Source: Bradyrhizobiaceae bacterium
GTDB taxonomy: Bacteria > Pseudomonadota > Alphaproteobacteria > Rhizobiales > Xanthobacteraceae
Direction: 5' to 3'
Assembly (NCBI GenBank): GCA_016793685.1
Contig: JAEULX010000146.1
Span: forward strand, 1 to 44,667
Length of the DNA stretch: 44,667 nucleotides
Positions 1-8,382 of the stretch are shown here, piece by piece (position 1 is the first letter of the stretch; every line of letters begins with the position of its first letter). The notes beneath the pieces are model-generated. The model had not been told where the DNA came from. It saw nothing but the letters and a program-made list of their open reading frames with translations, and searched no databases. A program made the translations under genes and the position numbers.

Positions 1-104
1 GCCGATCGGCTTTCGCCGATCGGGTCGATTCGATACCCTCCTTAAGCGGGCATCGGCGCTTTTCTGGGCGTTTTCGCCTGAAGTGGAAGGCGCGGTTTTG
101 CCCT

Positions 105-270
105 TAACGGCCGCATACACCATACGCACCTCTTCAGGTGATATAACCTGTTGATGTAGAACGTATTTTTGGGATGGGCCGGTTTCGGCTGTAGTGTTTT
201 ACAACTACAAAATTGCCATAACCTCATGATAACGCTGCGGTCTGTCTGCTACAGGACGGACTACAGCCCC
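105..270 (-). other. oriT: oriT of MOBF (R388/IncW-like) type; predicted nic between 116 and 117 on the minus strand
   Basis: Minus strand reads CACCTGAAGAGGTGCGTATGGTGT^ATGCGG: a CACCT/AGGTG hairpin (127-140) followed by TGCGTATGGTGT^AT, closely resembling the R388 nic region (GCACCGAAAGGTGCGTATTGTCT^ATAG, recalled). It lies directly upstream of trwA-trwB-trwC; TGTAGT/ACTACA inverted repeat at 190-209 and CTACAG direct repeats at 249-254 and 261-266. Confidence 0.75.
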
Positions 271-271
271 C

Positions 272-649
272 ATGGCGCTCAGCGATCCGATCAATCTCCG
301 CCTGAGCATCGACCGGAAGCGGCAATACGAGGACGACGCGGCTCGCCGCGGAATGCCGCTGACGACCTACCTGCGCCGTCGCCTGGAGGACGGCGACCAG
401 GTGAGCGAGCAGCTCGCCGAGCTGCGCAGGCTTATCCTGGACGCGCAAAGCGGCCCCACCTCGCACGAGGATTCGCCCGCCGGCGAAGCCGCTCCCGACC
501 CGAGCGGGGTCCCGAGCACGGCCATGCTGGTCGAGGTGCTGTTGCTGCTGCGCAGTGTTGTCGACGCCGATAAACTGAGGATGGTCCATGGCGAGCTGCG
601 CCGCCAGGGCTTGCCCGTCTGGACCGGCGCGACCGGAGAGCGGACATGA
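272..649 (+). CDS. trwA: TrwA-like ribbon-helix-helix relaxosome accessory protein
   Basis: 125 aa with an N-terminal RHH pattern (INLRLSIDRKRQYEDDAARRGMPLTTYLRRRL); sits between oriT and the coupling protein with an ATGA overlap, the same order as R388 trwABC. Confidence 0.7.
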   Translation: MALSDPINLRLSIDRKRQYEDDAARRGMPLTTYLRRRLEDGDQVSEQLAELRRLILDAQSGPTSHEDSPAGEAAPDPSGVPSTAMLVEVLLLLRSVVDADKLRMVHGELRRQGLPVWTGATGERT

Positions 650-2190
650 TGCTGAGCGAACGCCGGCGCATCTCGACGGCCATCCTGGTCCTGCTTCCGG
701 CTTCGGCTTGGCTGGCGGGTGTCCAGCACACCGAGCCCTTGCCGGCGGATCACAAGCTCGCGGCGTTGTCCGCCCTTGCTCTGGCGACCCCGCAGAAGCC
801 TGTTCTGCTCCTGGCGCTCCTCGCTGGCCTCACACTGGCGCTGTTCTGCGTCTGGACGATGGCCCGGCTCGCCCAGGACGAGTTCGCCGGCGCGCCCTTC
901 CGGAAGTTCCTTCGCGGCACGCGCATCGTCTCGGCCCGGCAGCTGCGGCGGCTGACGGGCGAACGCAAGCGGCAGGTGAGCGTGGCCGGCATTCCCATTC
1001 CCACAAGCGTCGAGAACCTGCACATGCTGATCGGCGGCGGGACGGGCGCGGGCAAATCGACCCTGTTTCGCGAGATCGTCCATGGCGCGGCGGCGCGCGG
1101 CGACCGGATGATCTGCCTCGATCCGAACGGCGATATGCTGGCCAAGTTCGGCCAGGACGGCGACGTGATCCTCAACCCCTACGACCGGCGCACCGAGGGC
1201 TGGTCGTTCTTCAACGAGATCCGCGCCGATTACGATTTTCATCGCTACGCGCTATCGCTGGTGCCGCCCGGCCAGACGCCCGAAGCCGAGGAATGGGCCG
1301 GCTACGGCCGCCTGCTCCTGCGCGAGACCGCCCGCAAGCTGAGCCTGCTCGGTCAGCCGTCGATCCGCGAGCTGTTCCGCTGGACGACGATCGCGCCGGC
1401 CGAGGCGTTGCAGGACTTTCTCACCGACACGCTCGCGGAATCGCTGTTCGTCGGCTCGTCGCAGGCGAGCAAGGCGCTGTCGTCGGCGCGGTTCATTCTC
1501 TCCGACAAGCTGCCCGAGCATGTGACCATGCCGCCCGGCGCGTTCTCGCTGCGCACCTGGCTGGAAACCCCGGACGCCGGCAACCTGTGGATCACCTGGC
1601 GCGAGGACATGGGGCCGGCGCTGAAGCCGCTGATCTCGGCGTGGACCGATGCGCTGTTCGTCTCGATCCTGTCGATGCCGGAGGACGCAAACCGGCGGAT
1701 CTGGGTGTTCATCGACGAACTCGCCTCGCTGGAGAAGCTGGCGACGCTCGAAGCGGCCCTGACCAAGGGGCGCAAATACGGCCTGCGGGTCGTCGCCGGG
1801 CTGCAATCGACCGCGCAGCTCGACGACAGCTATGGCCGCGCCAAGGCGCAGACGCTGCGCAGCTGCTTTTCCTCGCTCGCGGTCTTGCGGATCTCGAAAT
1901 CGGACCCGGCCACAGCCGAGGATTTCAGCCGGGCGCTCGGCGAGCACGAAGTCGAGCGCGAGCGCAAGAGCAGCAGCATCGGCTGGCGCAACAGCAGCGA
2001 CGGCCGGCAGACGGTGCACGAGCGCGAGCGGGTCGTCGCACCGTCCGAGCTGACCGCCCTGCCCGACCTCGCCGGCTATCTCGCAATCGTCGGCGACCGG
2101 CCGATCGCGCGCTTCCAGACCGCCTATCACCCCTTCGAAAATCGCCATCCCGGCTTTGTCGAACGAACGTGCGGGCATTTGGGAGGCTAG
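646..2190 (+). CDS. trwB: Type IV coupling protein (TrwB/TraD family)
   Basis: 514 aa; two N-terminal TM segments, Walker A GGTGAGKS, LNPYDRRTEGWSFFNEI, Walker B FIDELASL, GRKYGLRVVAGLQS. Confidence 0.95.
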   Translation: MMLSERRRISTAILVLLPASAWLAGVQHTEPLPADHKLAALSALALATPQKPVLLLALLAGLTLALFCVWTMARLAQDEFAGAPFRKFLRGTRIVSARQLRRLTGERKRQVSVAGIPIPTSVENLHMLIGGGTGAGKSTLFREIVHGAAARGDRMICLDPNGDMLAKFGQDGDVILNPYDRRTEGWSFFNEIRADYDFHRYALSLVPPGQTPEAEEWAGYGRLLLRETARKLSLLGQPSIRELFRWTTIAPAEALQDFLTDTLAESLFVGSSQASKALSSARFILSDKLPEHVTMPPGAFSLRTWLETPDAGNLWITWREDMGPALKPLISAWTDALFVSILSMPEDANRRIWVFIDELASLEKLATLEAALTKGRKYGLRVVAGLQSTAQLDDSYGRAKAQTLRSCFSSLAVLRISKSDPATAEDFSRALGEHEVERERKSSSIGWRNSSDGRQTVHERERVVAPSELTALPDLAGYLAIVGDRPIARFQTAYHPFENRHPGFVERTCGHLGG

Positions 2191-2192
2191 CT

Positions 2193-5039
2193 ATGCTCAG
2201 CGCCAAGGTCCTCACCAGCCATAATTACATCCGCCAAGCCGCCGCCTACTACGAGGACGGCGCGGACGACTACTACGCTCACGAAGGCGCGGCGAAGGAA
2301 TGGCAGGGTGCCGGCGCCGGCGTGCTCGGCCTCGCCGGCGAGATCGACTCCGTGCGGTTCAAGGAACTGCTCGCCGGCCAGGTGGCGCCGGAGGTTCGGG
2401 TGAGCCGGGGTTCGACCCGCGCCGATGCCCGCGAACGAATCGGCATCGACCTGACGTTCTCGGCGCCCAAGAGTGTGTCGATCCAGGCCCTCGTCGGCGG
2501 CGACGCCCGCGTCATCGCGGCGCACGACCGGGCGGTGAGCGCCGCCGTCAAGGCGGCCGAGGAACGGGCGCTCGCCCGGCGCAAGGTGGGCGGCAAGGCG
2601 CGGGTCGAACGCTCGGGCAACCTGATCGTCGGCAAGTTCCGCCACGAGACCAGCCGCGAACGCGACCCGCAGCTGCACACCCATGCGATCGTCATGAACC
2701 TGACGCAACGCAGCGACGGGCAATGGCGCGCGCTCAAGAACGACGAAATCATCAAGTCCCTGCGCCACCTGGGCGCGGTCTACCGCGCCGAGCTCGCCGC
2801 CGAGCTCCGAAACCAGGGCTTCGCGCTGCGCCACGAGCGCGACGGCGCGTTCGAGCTGGCCCACATCGGTCGCGAGCAGATCGCCGCGTTCAGCCGGCGG
2901 ACCCGGCAGATCGACGAGCGCCTGGTCGAGCGCGGATCGAGCCGCGACCAGGCGAGCACGGCGGAAAAGCAGGACGCGACCCTGGAGACCCGCGCCCGCA
3001 AGGGCGTCGTCGACCGGGCCGAGGTCTTTGCCGAGTGGCAGGCCCGGGCGGGCGCGCTCGGCATCGACTTCGACCGGCGCGAGTGGGCGGGGCACGACCG
3101 AAGCCAGGCGGAGAGTTCGCGGGATCGGCCGGACGATACCTTGCCGAGCGAGGAAGCGGCCCGGCGCGCGGTGCGCTACGCCGTCCATCACCTGAGCGAG
3201 CGCCAGGCCGTCATCGGCGCGCGCGAGATGATCGACGTGGCGATGCAGCACGGTGTCGGCCGGGTTCAGCTCCGCGATGTGGAGGCCGAGGTCAAGCGGC
3301 AGACCGAGGCCGGCTACCTCATCCGCGAAGCGCCGGTGTTCCGGCCCGCGAGCGAAACCGGCGATTGCGCCGACCTCAGCCGTGCCGCCTGGATCGACCT
3401 GCTCATCACGAAGGGCGTGGCCCCTGCCCTCGCCCGCCGGCGCGTCGATGACGCGATCCGCACCGGCGGACTAACGATGGCCGATGGCCGCTACACCACG
3501 CAGACGGCGCTGGCCCGCGAGAAGCGCATTCTGTCCATTGAGCGGGACGGGCGCGGCCAGGTCGCGGCTGTCGTGCCCGAGGACGCCGCCCGAAAGCGGC
3601 TCGCCGCGACCAACCTCAACGCCGGGCAACGTGAGGCCGCCGCGCTGATGGCAACCGCCACCAACCGCGTGATCGGCGTCCAGGGCTTCGCCGGCACCGG
3701 CAAGTCGCACATGCTGGAGACCGCCAAGCGGATCGTCGAGGACCATGGCTACCGCGTCCGCGCGCTCGCTCCCTACGGCAGCCAGGTCAAGGCCCTTCGC
3801 GAGCTTGGCGTGCCGGCGAAAACGCTCGCGTCGTTCCTGCGGGCCAAGGACAAGGACCTGGACGCGCGCACCGTCGTCGTGATCGACGAGGCCGGCGTCG
3901 TGCCGACCCGGCTCATGGAACAGGCCCTCAAGCTCGCCGAGGCCGCCGGCGCGCGGGTCGTTCTCCTCGGCGACACGGCGCAGACCAAGGCCATCGAGGC
4001 CGGGCGGCCCTTCGACCAGTTGCAGGCCGCCGGGATGCGCACCGCCCGGATGGAAGACATTCAGCGCCAGCGCGATCCGGCACTGCGCGCGGCCGTGGAA
4101 TTGGCCGCGCGCGGGAACACGGACGACTCGCTCGCGAAGATTTCAGGGGTGAGGGAGATCCGCGACGATGCCGGCCGGCGGGCCGAGCTGGTCCGCGACT
4201 TCATGGCGCTGAGCCCGGCCGAGCGGGAGGCCACGTTGATCGTCTCGGGCACCAACGAGGCGCGGCGCGACATCAAGGCCCGCGTCCGTGAAGCGAGCGG
4301 AACGGCAGGTCGCGGACGCGCGTTCGACACCCTCATTCGCCGTGACTCCACCCAGGCCGAACGACGCTACAGCAGGAACTACCGCGTCGGCGATGCGATC
4401 CAGCCGGAGAAGACCTACAGGAGCGGCCTGCAACGCGGCGAACTCTACCAGGTGCTCGACACCGGCCCCGGCAACCGGCTCACCGTTGCCGGTCCGGACA
4501 AGACGCCAATCACGTTTTCGCCGGCGACCCACACCAGGCTGTCGATCTACCAGCCCGAGCGCTCGGAACTGGCCGTCGGCGACCGGGTGCGGATCACCCG
4601 CAACGATGCCGGCCGCGACCTGGCCAATGGCGACCGTTTTACGGTCGCGGCCGTGGCGGCGGACCGGATCACGCTTGAAGCCGCGGGCCGGCGCGTCGAG
4701 CTGCCGGCGGACCGGCCGCTGCACCTGGAACACGCCTACGCGACAACCGTGCACAGTGCCCAGGGCCTGACGGCCGAGCGGGTGCTCATCGAGGCGCGGA
4801 CCGACAGCCGGACGACGGCCAGGGACGTCTACTACGTTGCGATCTCGCGCGCGCGCCACAAAGCCAGGATCTACACCGACGACCTCGACCGGCTGCCGCC
4901 GGCCGTCGCGCGGGAGAACCGCAAGGGCGCGGCCCTGGATCTCGTGCGCGAGCGCCGGCAGCCGGGTCGCGATCATGCGATGGTGCGGACTGCCGCGCGG
5001 CGGCGTCCTCCCGTCGAGCGGGACCGCGAGCACGCGTGA
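2193..5039 (+). CDS. trwC: MOBF relaxase-helicase (TrwC-like), 948 aa
   Basis: ATG at 2193 after GGGAGG; YYEDGADDYY tyrosine motif, DLTFSAPKSVS, HETSRERDPQLHTH (HUH), helicase motifs GFAGTGKS, IDEAG, HAYATTVHSAQGLT, YVAISRAR. Confidence 0.96.
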   Translation: MLSAKVLTSHNYIRQAAAYYEDGADDYYAHEGAAKEWQGAGAGVLGLAGEIDSVRFKELLAGQVAPEVRVSRGSTRADARERIGIDLTFSAPKSVSIQALVGGDARVIAAHDRAVSAAVKAAEERALARRKVGGKARVERSGNLIVGKFRHETSRERDPQLHTHAIVMNLTQRSDGQWRALKNDEIIKSLRHLGAVYRAELAAELRNQGFALRHERDGAFELAHIGREQIAAFSRRTRQIDERLVERGSSRDQASTAEKQDATLETRARKGVVDRAEVFAEWQARAGALGIDFDRREWAGHDRSQAESSRDRPDDTLPSEEAARRAVRYAVHHLSERQAVIGAREMIDVAMQHGVGRVQLRDVEAEVKRQTEAGYLIREAPVFRPASETGDCADLSRAAWIDLLITKGVAPALARRRVDDAIRTGGLTMADGRYTTQTALAREKRILSIERDGRGQVAAVVPEDAARKRLAATNLNAGQREAAALMATATNRVIGVQGFAGTGKSHMLETAKRIVEDHGYRVRALAPYGSQVKALRELGVPAKTLASFLRAKDKDLDARTVVVIDEAGVVPTRLMEQALKLAEAAGARVVLLGDTAQTKAIEAGRPFDQLQAAGMRTARMEDIQRQRDPALRAAVELAARGNTDDSLAKISGVREIRDDAGRRAELVRDFMALSPAEREATLIVSGTNEARRDIKARVREASGTAGRGRAFDTLIRRDSTQAERRYSRNYRVGDAIQPEKTYRSGLQRGELYQVLDTGPGNRLTVAGPDKTPITFSPATHTRLSIYQPERSELAVGDRVRITRNDAGRDLANGDRFTVAAVAADRITLEAAGRRVELPADRPLHLEHAYATTVHSAQGLTAERVLIEARTDSRTTARDVYYVAISRARHKARIYTDDLDRLPPAVARENRKGAALDLVRERRQPGRDHAMVRTAARRRPPVERDREHA

Positions 5040-5060
5040 GGCCCCTGCCCTCTTGCCGGG

Positions 5061-5228
5061 CTAGAAGCTCGCCAGGAACGCCAGGAAGCTTTGCCAGCCA
5101 TGGTATCCCAGCCAGGCCGCCGCGAGCGCGTTGGCAATCACGAGAGGCCACAGCAGCCGGCCCCAGATGAGGTCCATCAAGAACCACAGCGCCAGAAAGG
5201 GGTTGTCGTCCGGGTCGCGGTTGTCCAT
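5061..5228 (-). CDS. Putative small hydrophobic membrane protein (55 aa)
   Basis: Hand translation, below the ORF-track cutoff: MDNRDPDDNPFLALWFLMDLIWGRLLWPLVIANALAAAWLGYHGWQSFLAFLASF. No clear SD. Confidence 0.45.
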   Translation of the reverse strand: MDNRDPDDNPFLALWFLMDLIWGRLLWPLVIANALAAAWLGYHGWQSFLAFLASF

Positions 5229-5307
5229 GCCGGCAAAGATAGCGGGGATGCGTTAACAGCCTGCTTCCAGCATGGACGATGCTCAGCAAGCTGGAGGACC
5301 TGACGCA

Positions 5308-5341
5308 GCAAAGCCCCGCGGGGGGTCCTACGGGGCTTTGC
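5308..5341. terminator. GC-rich hairpin, possible terminator or RNA structure
   Basis: GCAAAGCCCCG (5308-5318) pairs perfectly with CGGGGCTTTGC (5331-5341). Confidence 0.45.
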
Positions 5342-5672
5342 CTTGGTGGTCTCGATCACCGTGCACGGTCATCGCCGTCCCCGGCTGTACCGTGGTTTGG
5401 ATTCTACCCTCGCATCATCGTGCTGGAAATATCCTAGCGGGGGTGTGTGAGGGGGCGGCAATGAGCCCCCTCACCTTTTAGCTACGTGTGAGCGAAGCGA
5501 ACGCCGAAAAACTAATGGGTGGGGGGCGCGGGTGGCCCGAAGGGCCAGGGGCGCACGATAGTTGAAAGAGGTATCGGAGGCTGATTCGGTTTTGTAATGA
5601 TTGATAGAAGTTTTGTTCATCAAAGGGAGCTTGGCAACTACCGGAAGATTATCGGTAAGAAATATAGGTTTG

Positions 5673-6001
5673 TCCTACCAACTGCCCGTGAACGAAGAGC
5701 GAACATCCTACCAACTGCCCGTGGTTTGTCCTACCAACTGCCCGTGGATATGTGTTGGTGATAGCGATGTTATGCACAGGACAGGCAGTGGATTCACGAG
5801 AATCAGCGACGACCCGATTCGCCTACCTCGCGTGATCGCTCCTACCAACTGCCCGTGCTCTGATCGGGATCTCCTACCAACTGCCCGTGGCTTACCTTGG
5901 CCACCACCAGAGTTGCCGTGCAGGCTTGGCTAAAGAGCATGGAGAACCGGAACGGTCCAGTCCGCGACGCGCGGCCGCCCCGTTCCTACCAACTGCCCGT
6001 A
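5673..6001 (+). repeat. oriV: Iteron array of the replication origin (oriV): six copies of TCCTACCAACTGCCCGTG
   Basis: Copies start at 5673, 5706, 5729, 5840, 5872 and 5984 (the last differs at the final base). DnaA-box match TTATGCACA at 5770-5778; AT-richer stretch ~5580-5670; adjacent to the rep gene. Confidence 0.9.
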
Positions 6002-6193
6002 GTCAAAGGATGACTTTGAACTCTTCGCTTTGCCGGGCCAGGAGATGATGACCGAACCACTGACGGGCTTTGATGGGGGGTAATCCGGTCGCTTTGCGAA
6101 TGGCGCGATGGATGACTGCCGCAACGTCATGTGGCGGAATGCCTGCGCGGCAGGCGGCGCGATAGACCACGATGTAAGGTTCGGGATCGAGGT

Positions 6194-7147
6194 CTATTTC
6201 AGGCTGAGAAGTCGGCATGCAATCGGCGGCGGGCTGTTCTCAATGATAAGCCCCTGCTCATTCATGTCGACACGGGCATCTGGATATACGCAGTGAACGG
6301 CGCGAAGGGTATCGCAAAATTTTCGTTTGAAGTTATCCATGCGCCCGAACCCTTGCCCGAACTGGTCCTTCAGGTTGTACCACGAAACGAATCCTGGCTT
6401 GCCAGGCCTCACGCGATGAAGCCGTTGGGCAAGCCACGTGTAAATATCGAGCCCCATGGCTGTATGTGAAAGCAACGCAATAGCCCGCTCATTGAGCGGC
6501 ACCGCATGAGCCATAAGGCTGTTAAAATAGCGCTCGGAGAAGCGAACAGCTTCCGGCCAGAACACTCGCTGGCGCTCGTCTCTGGGAAACCAGAGGTCAA
6601 AACCCTCAATAATGTCGCCTTTGATGGTAGTGTCGCTGCCATCAGCGTTCGGTAAGCCAAAGTAGAATCGCGCTGCTGAAAACCTCGCCAACTGCTCTTT
6701 CATTACCCGAAGGTCGCGGCCGTTGGCAGAGAGGCCAAGCCTCTTGGTAAATGCTGTAAGGGTATCACCCACTTCTACTTTAGGACAACGTGTCCGCACC
6801 GCCTCTGTGTTCAGGAAGTAGAACACCAATCGCGGCTTTGGTCCGTAGGGAAGGCCCAGGTTCACGAAGCCGTTAGCACGACGGTCAAACGCACGGCCGG
6901 CCTCGATTTCGAGACATACAGCGCCTTGCTTCCGGTTCCATAACCGTGTGGTCTCCCCCGGATTCCGGTAAGGCATGACCGTCTGGCACAGGACACTGTG
7001 CTGATAGACGATGCTATCGGCTTCACATTCCTGGAGTTCAGCACTGCCCTGAATCAAACGGCGCTTGATCTGACCTAAAGGCTTGAGCCGCGCCGTCGCG
7101 GCGGAAGCCGGGACCAGACCTGGTATTTCTAGTTCGTCCTGCTTCAT
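6194..7147 (-). CDS. repA: Plasmid replication initiator, RepA_C (IncW-like RepA) family
   Basis: YQHSVLCQTVMPYRNP, LPYGPKPRL, ALLSHTAMGLDIYTWLAQRL, LKDQFG motifs; next to the iterons. ATG at 7147 preferred over TTG at 7183. Confidence 0.88.
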   Translation of the reverse strand: MKQDELEIPGLVPASAATARLKPLGQIKRRLIQGSAELQECEADSIVYQHSVLCQTVMPYRNPGETTRLWNRKQGAVCLEIEAGRAFDRRANGFVNLGLPYGPKPRLVFYFLNTEAVRTRCPKVEVGDTLTAFTKRLGLSANGRDLRVMKEQLARFSAARFYFGLPNADGSDTTIKGDIIEGFDLWFPRDERQRVFWPEAVRFSERYFNSLMAHAVPLNERAIALLSHTAMGLDIYTWLAQRLHRVRPGKPGFVSWYNLKDQFGQGFGRMDNFKRKFCDTLRAVHCVYPDARVDMNEQGLIIENSPPPIACRLLSLK

Positions 7148-7289
7148 GCGTCCCTCTGGCCAACCAAGGCCTTTTGGCAACACTGCCTCAATTTGTGGGG
7201 CGCGGCAACGTATTGCTGTGCTACTTGTTGTGTCATGCCTCTACTCCTACTCGCGAGTGTCTGCATGAGGCTAGGTGCTGCGGTGCTGT

Positions 7290-7361
7290 GCATACTGGCA
7301 TGCGTGTATACCAGTACACCAGTATGCCCGCATGCCAGTATGCAGGTATGGTTTTATGGTT
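7290..7361. repeat. 8-bp-period tandem repeat array, putative parS/centromere
   Basis: GCATACTG GCATGCGT GTATACCA GTACACCA GTATGCCC GCATGCCA GTATGCAG GTATGGTT, immediately downstream of the RHH partition gene. Confidence 0.7.
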
Positions 7362-7662
7362 TTATACCCTTCCTGCCCTTCTTCACGAGCAGAAGGCCAA
7401 GAGCTTCCTCCAAGAGCGCCTGAATGGTTGTTTCCTCCTCGGCAGCCAGCAGCTTGAGCTGCTTCGCCAACTCGGGGCGGAAGTGCCCGGCGATGAGGCG
7501 CTTGCCTTCGCGTGATGCGCGGTAGAATTTCTCCGCTTTAGGTTCCTGCTTTTCAGCACGTTTGCGGGCCATCGGCGCGCTGGATGGCGCCGTGGGCGCT
7601 TCGGAAAGCTCTCGCGCTTGCCGTTCAAGCACGGCTTGTAGCGAGTTCGGGCCTTTAGTCAT
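7354..7662 (-). CDS. Ribbon-helix-helix centromere-binding partition protein (ParG/omega-like)
   Basis: ~102 aa; flexible N-terminus plus C-terminal RHH (KRLIAGHFRPELAKQLKLLAAEEETTIQALLEEAL); overlaps the 3' end of parA. Confidence 0.78.
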   Translation of the reverse strand: MTKGPNSLQAVLERQARELSEAPTAPSSAPMARKRAEKQEPKAEKFYRASREGKRLIAGHFRPELAKQLKLLAAEEETTIQALLEEALGLLLVKKGRKGIKP

Positions 7663-8302
7663 GAGAACCAATCTCACTAGTGCCAGTGAATAGCTGTATA
7701 CACGTATAATCGTATAGGTGTTTGATTTCCAACGCGGCCTTACCGGCCGGTTCGAACTCCTGGGCCGTTAGCCCGGTTTGCTGCGCGCGAGAGAACGCGA
7801 CACGGTTGTGGATGCGCACCGGAGCTAGGTCAGCACCAAGCTGCGCTATCGCGTCTTCCGTGTCCGCGATCTCGCGACCCTGGACTGGGCAAAACGTCAG
7901 CACTACAGCCGACGGTCTGGCGTAATGGCGAACCAGTTCAAGGGTGCGGGTCATAGCCATGACGTCCAAAACGGCCGGGCGGGTAGGGATCAGTATGAAG
8001 TCGGCATTCTTCGCCGCCTCATAAGCGATGTCCTTTGCAAAGGGCGGCGCATCAATGACCGCGAGTTGACAGCCGGTTTCGGCAGCAGCTTTCAGCACAT
8101 GGCCGAGACGGGCAGGAGGGATCGAGACCACGGCTGGCGTCTGAGCTTCACGCGTATCGTGCCAGAAGGAGGCCGATGCCTGCGGGTCTAGGTCGAAGAC
8201 GGCAGTCAATTTGCCCTCGCTCTCGGCGGCAACCGCGAGCGCGGTGGCAATGGTCGTTTTGCCGACGCCACCCTTCTGACTGATTATCGCGAGCGTTTTC
8301 AT
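7655..8302 (-). CDS. parA: ParA Walker-type partition ATPase (short, type Ib-like)
   Basis: MKTLAIISQKGGVGKTT deviant Walker A, DLDPQASA, VIDAPP; 215 aa with no N-terminal HTH. Confidence 0.95.
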   Translation of the reverse strand: MKTLAIISQKGGVGKTTIATALAVAAESEGKLTAVFDLDPQASASFWHDTREAQTPAVVSIPPARLGHVLKAAAETGCQLAVIDAPPFAKDIAYEAAKNADFILIPTRPAVLDVMAMTRTLELVRHYARPSAVVLTFCPVQGREIADTEDAIAQLGADLAPVRIHNRVAFSRAQQTGLTAQEFEPAGKAALEIKHLYDYTCIQLFTGTSEIGSHD

Positions 8303-8310
8303 GTTTATGT

Positions 8311-8366
8311 GCATACGTGCATAGTTACAGATGTGCATACACATTTGCACGCTAACCTGTATACGT
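8311..8366. promoter_or_regulatory. Second 8-bp-period repeat array over the parA promoter (operator/parS)
   Basis: GCATACGT GCATAGTT ACAGATGT GCATACAC ... GTATACGT; same G(C/T)ATA core and period as the 7290 array. Confidence 0.6.
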
Positions 8367-8382
8367 CAATACAGAGCTTTAG

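Noticed and set aside
1-40. Perfect hairpin CCGATCGGC-TTTC-GCCGATCGG at the window start
   Set aside because: Real, but truncated context prevents assignment (terminator or oriT-flanking structure).
588-2192. 535-codon N-terminal extension of the 1483-aa ORF
   Set aside because: Off-frame shadow over trwB; the relaxase starts at ATG 2193, which has an SD and the expected N-terminal tyrosine motif.
5601-5933. 110-aa ORF with repeated SYQLP/PTNCP motifs
   Set aside because: The repeats are simply translated iterons.
5673-6001. Direct repeats as a CRISPR array
   Set aside because: Repeats are only 18 bp, spacers range from 5 to 94 bp, no cas genes are present, and a rep gene and DnaA box are adjacent: these are iterons.
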